Positions 56,167 through 64,000 of a stretch of DNA of 64,000 nucleotides are shown piece by piece. Under the pieces are notes generated by a model. The model saw only the letters and a program-made list of their open reading frames with translations. It did no database searches and was not told the DNA's origin. Position 1 is the first letter of the stretch, and the number at the start of each line of letters is the position of its first letter. The DNA comes from Octopus vulgaris (lineage: Eukaryota), in contig OX597826.1 of the NCBI GenBank assembly GCA_951406725.2, forward strand, positions 58,032,001 through 58,096,000, in the 5' to 3' direction. Position numbers and translations under genes: made by a program.

Positions 56167-58878
56167 AGAATATGCTTCAACACACGAACTCATATAAAGA
56201 ATCTTGCAAACCAATTCCAAAAACGAAATATATATATATATATAGTGTTTATTTTTGTTGATCCAGAGAAGCAGGTTACTTGATCGACTAAAATAAAGCT
56301 GCAATCAAATAAAGAAGAAAAGAATACGTCACAAAGAAAACTATAAAATATTTAAATGAATAAATTATAAATTGTTTTGTTTTGGTTGAGAAGGTGAAGA
56401 ATTAATGTATTCATGGTTTCTAGATTGAATGCTCCAAGTCTATGGGTTGGCGGAATCTTTAACCCGTCGGACAAAATGTTAATGGACATTTCTTCTGGTT
56501 CTTTACATTCTCAGTTCCAATTCCGCCGACGTCGACTTTACCTTTCATCCTCTTGGGGTCGATAAAATAAGCACCTATTGAGGACCGACATCGATCTAAT
56601 CGACTTCGTATTCCCCTCAAAGTACTTGTACTTGTTTCCAAATCACATGGTTCAGGGTGCCACTGCGTGACATCTTGGGCAGGTGCCTTCTACTATACCC
56701 TCAGGCCAACAAAAGCCTTATGAGTGGATTTGGTAGACGGAAACTGAAAGAAGCCTGTCGTATATATAAACGTACGTGTGTTTGTGCTTGTCACCACACC
56801 ACTGCTTGGCAACAAGTGTTGGTGTGTTTACGTCCCTGTGACTTAGCGGTTCGGCATAAGAGACCGATAGAATAAGTACAGGACTTTTAAAAAGATAAGT
56901 ACTGGGATCGATTCATTCAACTAAAATATCATTCAAGGCGGTGCCCCAGCATGGCCGGATGGCTGTTGTTTAATGACTGAAACAAGGAAAAAAGGAAAAG
57001 TTTACAAAAAGATACGACATTACTTTTACAATTTTGCTCGAAAGCTTTTTATGAGGCAAAAAAACCTAAGCACAATGTTTCGACTGGAATGCACTGCAGA
57101 CATTGTACTTTGCGGTATTTATTTACATTCCATCATGTGTGGCTTCAGATCGACACCAATGTTAACTTTGTTTTTCATCATTCTCTGATTGATAAAATAA
57201 TATACCAATTAAGCAGTGGGGTCGATAAAATCGATAAACTCACCTCCTAGTACGCCTTTGATTACAGTATTAAAAAAAAAATTATTGGGTTTACAGGATT
57301 ATTAAACCGTTTGTTAAAGTGCCTTGTGGTATTCATTCTGGTTCTTTACATTACTAGCTCAAATCCCTCCGAAATCGACTGAGCATTTTACCCTTCCGGA
57401 GCCGATAAAATACAGTACGTCCTTTTCTTAAATGTTAGAGAGTATAATTATTGCTATTATTGTCAACAGAGTTTAAATCTGACATAGTCACAAATCCTCA
57501 GATTCTTAGGAAGTGACGTGTCTTAATGATTATATGACGTTCAAGCACGACTGGTCCGTCGCACACACTCTTGGACATTAACTATGTAAATTAAATTAAA
57601 CTTAATTGCACACCAGAATCGAAAGAAGTTTGCTAAACGAGCTTTCAACATGTAGCGTGTAGCAATAATTTCTATACTTATTCCCGAGCTATTAGCTATG
57701 TATTACGGGGAAAATACCCTAGTTATGTAAATGTCAGTGTTAGAAATTTTAATTAATTAAAATTTTTTAATATTATTCGCAGCAACAAAAATAAATCACA
57801 CACACACACACACATACACATATATACATACAATTGTGTGTGTGTGTTTGTGTGTGATTTATTTTTGTTGCTGAGAATAATATTGAAAAATTTTAATTAT
57901 TTGTTCCGAGTATTTACGTTCTAAAGTCGAATCACACCGAGACCAACATTACCTTTCATCCTTTTGGAGTTGATAAAATAAAATACCAGTCAAGTACGCC
58001 CATCCCTACCTAAATAAATTGCTGGCTTTGCACCCACCGAAATTGAAAACGAATATTATCGAGAATAATGGATTATCAGAATGCATGTGTTTGTGGTTGA
58101 ACTCGTTCACGTCTTTACAGTGTGTATGTTGTACGGTGATCATTATTGAGAGTGGTGGATTAGTAGAATCCTTACAGTTGGACAGAATACCTTGCAGCAT
58201 TTATCCCGGGTCTTTACATTCTGAGTTCAAATCTATCGAAATCAACGATGTCTTCCATCCTTTCCGGCTTGATAAAATAAAGTACCATGAAAAATATTTG
58301 GCTGTTATTTCTAACATCAGCTGGTACTTATTTTATCGAGATCGGATAGAAGAAATATAATTTGGCTTCGGAGATTATTTTGAATTAACAGAACTCAAAG
58401 CCTGAAATTTGGTTGTGGATGGTTAGTCGATATAATCGACCAAAGTACATGACTAGTACTTTAGTTTATTGACCCCGCAAGGATAAAAGGTAAAGTTGAA
58501 CTAGGTGCGATTCGAACTTAGAATGTAAAAGAGTTAATGAAACTATGACAACGCATTTCGTCCGACGCTTACTTCTAATTTATCACCCATGTCTGTGATA
58601 ATAATTACTGTTAATTTAGGCCAAGGGCCCAGAATTTTTCAGGGTAGAGGTTTAATCGATTACATCAACCCTATACTTGACCGGTACTTTGTTATGTCGA
58701 TCCTGGGAAAATGAAAAGTTGAGGTGATTTCGGGGTGATTTGAAGAGAGCTGGAAGAAATACAGCGTGGAATTTTCCTGACGCTTTAACTATTCGGCCAA
58801 CCCGAGCCCTTATCTGTCATAATAAAGCTTACTCATTGAATATTTGGTGGGTATCGATATACAGTCTGAGTCAACACG

Positions 58879-59110
58879 TTTCTTTACTACCCACAAGGGG
58901 CTAAACACAGAAGGGACAAACAAGGACAGACAAACGGATTAAGTCGATTACATCGACCCCAGTGCGTAACTGGTACTTTATTTATCGACCCCCGAAAAGA
59001 TGAAAGGCAAAGTCGACCTCGGCGGAATTTGAACTCAGAACGTAACGGCAGACGAAATACGGCTACGCATTTCGCCCGACGTGGTAACGTTTCTGCCAGC
59101 TCGCCGCCTT
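58879..59110 (-). mobile_element. SINE family B with TSD AGTCAACACG
   Basis: Full copy with a flanking direct repeat. Confidence 0.9.
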
Positions 59111-59165
59111 TAGTCAACACGATATAAGATAGTCGCCGGACCTGTTAGAAAAAAACACCCAAAAC

Positions 59166-59313
59166 GTGGCTGTGTGATAAGAAGTTCTCAACCACATGAC
59201 TCAGGATTCAGTCCCACTGCGTGGCATCTTGGGCAAGTGTCATCCGCTATAGCCTCAGGCCGACCAAAGCCATGTGAGTGGATTTGGTAGACAGAAACTG
59301 AAAGAATCCAGTC

Positions 59314-59382
<69 letters not shown>

Positions 59383-59580
59383 GTGTGAGTTTACCACCAC
59401 CGCTTGACAAATGGAGTTGGTGTCTTTAAGTCCTCCGTAATCTTGTGGTTCGGCAAAAGATAACGATAAAATAAGTACCTGTCTTTAAAGAAAATAAGTA
59501 TTGGGGTCAATTCGTTCGACTAAAATCCTTCAAGGTGGTGCCCCAGCATGACCGCAGTCTAATGACTGCAACAAGTAGAT
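59166..59580 (+). mobile_element. SINE family A, diverged (another at about 56645-56990)
   Basis: Head, internal (TG)n and tail are all recognisable. Confidence 0.8.
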
Positions 59581-60214
59581 AAATAAATGTAAATGAAAAA
59601 AATCCTTCTCGAAGGACACTGTTGCCATCATGAAGAAGGCAGATTCGAACCATCGCCCTTTTCGTTGATAGTCGTGATACTCTCAGCCAGCTGTGAATGT
59701 CTCATTAAATGCATTGCTGAATATTGAATTCATCGACTTCTCGGTGTATGATGAAAAGGAAAAAATTCCACACTGACGGAATTTCAAACGAGAATAAAGA
59801 CGCACCGAACTATGTGATGGAAAGCATCTCGACCGGTGGCCTGCCGTTCACGCTAAAACATTTGCCCCTTTTTTTTTCTTTACTCGTATATATAATACGT
59901 ATGATGTGTTTGTTTAAAGTGGCTGTATGTAACGGGTATATGAGGCGGTATCTTAGATAGGTTTTTATCTTCATCTCGGGTGGTTTTCTTTCTGTTCTTT
60001 CTTACCCGCATACGTACACACACACACATGTATGCATGCATGCATGCATGTGTGTGTGTACATATACATGTATATATGTATATATGTATGTACGTATGTA
60101 TGTATGTATGTATGTATATAAATGTGTTTATATATATATATATATATACATACATGTATGTATGTATGTATATAAATATATATATATATATATATATACA
60201 TACATGTATGTATG

Positions 60215-60295
<81 letters not shown>

Positions 60296-60705
60296 ATATA
60301 TATATACATGTATATATATATATATACATACATACATACATACATACATACATACATACATACATACATACATACATACATACATACATACATACATAGT
60401 GAACGTATTGTTTTTAATGGTATTTGTTGTGTGTACGGATATATAGATGTGTCCATGTGTTTCTGTTTGAACTCGTTCACTTCTTTATTCTGTGAGTATG
60501 TTTTACGGTGATCGTTTTACACGCAAATAAAGTGAAGCCCAGCTGCTCAGACCATTAGAGGCAGAGAAAAAAGAACATTTTCGTCGTTAAGGCTTTAAAA
60601 TCTTTTTCATAACCTTCTAATGAAGAGTTCTACTGCAGGGGAAGTAATTGATATCATTGGATTTTTGTCGCTTCAGATGATTTGGCTGTAAATTCGGGGG
60701 GTAAA

Positions 60706-60779
<74 letters not shown>

Positions 60780-61208
60780 AAAAGGAGAGGAGGGTGGGGC
60801 GGCGGTGGTTATAAAATAGAAAATAATAGAAATAAAAATAAAACGAAAAGCAAACAGAAATACAGAAAACAAACCCAAGAAAAACAAAATATCTCTGTCA
60901 CCAACAAGACAAACACGACCGCACCTTCACCAATACGGAATCGTTAGTAATACTTATTATGACAGTAACACGGTATCAACAACAACAACAAAAATTGGTA
61001 AGAAATTATCTGATGCTTTAACGATATTTGATCCGACTCAGAAGAATAAATAAATAAATAAATAGGTGAAAGCTGGCTCGGCTTCAGACCCAGAATTCCA
61101 CCTTCAAAGAAATTGTTACAATCATACAAAAGAAAACTCCGCTTTGTTTCTATTTCATGGTTTCCAATAAAAGTAAAAAGTAAAAAATAAAAAAAAGTCT
61201 CTCATTGT

Positions 61209-61269
<61 letters not shown>

Positions 61270-61934
61270 GCTACTACTACTGCTGCTGCTGCCGTCGCAT
61301 CTGGATTAATTCACTTCTGCACTCAATTAAATTTTTCATCTTTTAATTTCTCCCATTCATGCAAAGCCACATATTCGAGTTCAAGTCCTTGATACATTTT
61401 ATACTAATTGCTATTTTTTCTTTTGATTGTTATATTACGATTTAATTACCATACCTTAGTTTTATTTTAATTACTACTTACTATATTTACTATATTTAAT
61501 TGAATTGTTATTATTACCTCTAACTTTTATTGCAATTTTTATTTCTAAATTTCTTATGGAACGTCGAGGGGATCTTATGCGTACAATATATTTTTACATG
61601 TTGTTTATATATTTATATATTACTATATATTTCTAAACGTCGGGCTTTATGTCTCTTCTGTAGATATAAATGAATATATGAATATATGTATGTGTTTGAT
61701 CTTTCTGTGGATTTTGTTGCGTTCTTGTAGTTGCAGCTCGCATTGCCTCCCCTCGGATTAAAAAGTGTATACAGCTCATTTGAGCACTACTATTCCAGTC
61801 TGTTATATATTTTGAGCGTTGTTGTCACTAACGATCTCAAGACATAACTTTATATTTTGTAATATATATATTTATACATCCATATACATACAATAGAGAG
61901 ATGTTTTTGTTTCACTTTTAACACGTAATACTGA

Positions 61935-62275
61935 AATAGCGGAGAAGATATGATATTGCTGTGGGCCCGCCCTAGGCAAAAAGTTAAACATTTTTTTTGC
62001 CCATGAAACTACATGGACCCTAAGTAAGGCATGTGTAAAATTTGATAAAATTGGTTGTGTAGTTCTCAAGTTTTAGTGAATCAGAGTGGAGAAGATATGA
62101 TATTGCTGTGGGCTCGCCCTAGGCAAAAAGTTAAAAAAGGTTTTTGCCGATGACACTCCCCGGACCCTAAGTAAGGCATGTGTAAAATTTGAATGTAATT
62201 GGTTGTGTAGTTCTCAAGTTTTAGGGAGACAGACAGACAGACAGACACACATTCTCAGTTTTATATATATAGAGA
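61935..62275 (-). mobile_element. Helitron-like 5' end with two internal tandem repeats of about 147 bp
   Basis: The minus strand begins A|TCTCTATATATATAAAACTGAGAATGTGTGTCTGTC, like the 19062 Helitron start. GGAGAAGATATG...CTCAAGTTTTAG is duplicated. No 3' CTRR found. Confidence 0.6.
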
Positions 62276-62540
62276 TGTGTGTGTGTGTGTATGTATTTGT
62301 GTGTCTGTGTTTGTCCCCCCAACATCGCTTGACAACCGATGCTAGTGTGCTTACGACCCCGTAATTTAGCGGTTCGGCAAGAGACCGATAGAATAAGTAC
62401 TAGGCTTACAAAGAATAAGTCCTGGGGTCGATTTGCTCGGCTAAAGGCAGTGCTCCAGCATGGCCACAGTCAAATAACTGAAACAAGTAGACGAGTAAAG
62501 AGTAATAATAATAATATTAATAATAATAATAATAATAATA

Positions 62541-62970
62541 TATAAAGATCTTGAAATAGAAATCAGCAAAATGTGGAAGCTGAAGACTAAAACAATACCT
62601 GTTGTCATAGGTGCCCTGGGAATGATAGCGAAAGGGACTAATTGCTACCTAACTCAGATACCAGGAAACCCCAACATGGCAGAAATTCAGAAGATAGTGC
62701 TCATGGGAACTGCTCATATCCTACGCAAAATACTCTCAATGTAATCCCAAGGTTATCTATTTTATTTTATTTTATTTTATTTTATTTATTATTTTTTATT
62801 TTATATTTTATTATGTATTAAACATTCACTAGTACAACACCAAAAAAAAAAAAAAACAAACAAAAAACCCCAAATATATGGCACAGAACTTCCAACCTGT
62901 TGTCTCTTGAGGTCTCTGGGTGAGACTTGGAGCCAACTTGTACAGACATAAAGCAAAAGTCAAACATAGA
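62541..62970 (+). mobile_element. 5'-truncated R4/Dong-clade non-LTR retrotransposon inserted in (TAA)n
   Basis: 62541-62744 reads YKDLEIEISKMWKLKTKTIPVVIGALGMI...IQKIVLMGTAHILRKILSM*, the restriction-like endonuclease C-terminus. It is flanked by (TAA)n on both sides, the known Dong target. Confidence 0.9.
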
Positions 62971-62982
62971 ATAATAATAATG

Positions 62983-63048
<66 letters not shown>

Positions 63049-63098
63049 TAATAATAATGATAATGATACTGATAATGATGATGATGACGATGATAATG

Positions 63099-63135
<37 letters not shown>

Positions 63136-63152
63136 TGATAATGATAATGATA

Positions 63153-63214
<62 letters not shown>

Positions 63215-63215
63215 G

Positions 63216-63291
<76 letters not shown>

Positions 63292-63375
63292 TAATAATAA
63301 TAATAATGATGGTAATGATAATGATAATGATGATGATGATGATGGTAATGATAATAATAATAATGATAATAATAA

Positions 63376-63425
<50 letters not shown>

Positions 63426-63475
63426 TAATAATAATGATAATGATAGTGATAATGATGATGATGACGATGATAATG

Positions 63476-63506
<31 letters not shown>

Positions 63507-63577
63507 TGATGATAATGATAATGATAATGATGATGATGATGATGATGATGATAATGATAATGATAATGATAATAATG

Positions 63578-63608
<31 letters not shown>

Positions 63609-63688
63609 TAATAATAATAATAATGATGATAATGATAATGATGATGATGATGATGATGATGATAATGATAATGATAATGATAATAATG

Positions 63689-63737
<49 letters not shown>

Positions 63738-63754
63738 TGATAATGATAATGATA

Positions 63755-63786
<32 letters not shown>

Positions 63787-63820
63787 AATGATAATAATAA
63801 TGATAATAATAATAATAATG

Positions 63821-63873
<53 letters not shown>
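62970..63873. repeat. About 900-bp (AAT)/(ATG) compound microsatellite
   Basis: Seen directly. Confidence 0.97.
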
Positions 63874-63879
63874 TGTTCA

Positions 63880-64000
63880 AAATTTGCCACAAGGACAGCA
63901 ATTAGGAGGAAAAGGATAAGTCGAAAACATTGACTCCAGTGTTTAAGTGGTACTTATTTTATTGACACCCGAAAGGATGAAAGGTAAAGTCAACCCCGGC
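63880..64000 (-). mobile_element. Diverged SINE family B (cut by window edge)
   Basis: Contains CCCGAAAGGATGAAAGGTAAAGTCAACC core. Confidence 0.75.

Noticed and set aside
62829-63919. Long ORFs (up to 353 aa) of poly-L/S/Y/H/I/M
   Set aside because: They are translations of the (AAT)/(ATG) microsatellite with no domain content.

Overview
This window is eukaryotic, AT-rich, non-genic DNA. It is saturated with microsatellites and transposable-element fragments, and its repeat content is typical of a coleoid cephalopod (Octopus-like; inferred, not verified). I recognise no host protein-coding exon, rRNA, true tRNA or CRISPR array, and nearly all listed ORFs are microsatellite or SINE artefacts. 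Supported content: three to four tRNA-derived SINE families (called A-D here); 3' fragments of CR1-, RTE-, CRE-like and R4/Dong non-LTR retrotransposons; Helitrons (two non-autonomous copies, a helicase relic and a repeat-bearing 5' end); hAT-like MITEs; and Tc1/mariner derivatives. Two signals stand out. (1) Several minimal type I hammerhead-ribozyme motifs of the Penelope-like-element kind. Some have compensatory catalytic-core variants (A3-U8, U3-A8) or a U4C change, and some sit inside long inverted repeats. (2) SINE family B forms head-to-tail multimers at four independent loci with an identical junction at its own internal GGTATTTC. This matches the GGT(A/T) start of several of its target-site duplications and suggests self-targeting or circular-template amplification. 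There is also a SINE-mediated tandem duplication with a chimeric middle copy. All analysis was by eye, so relic boundaries are approximate.
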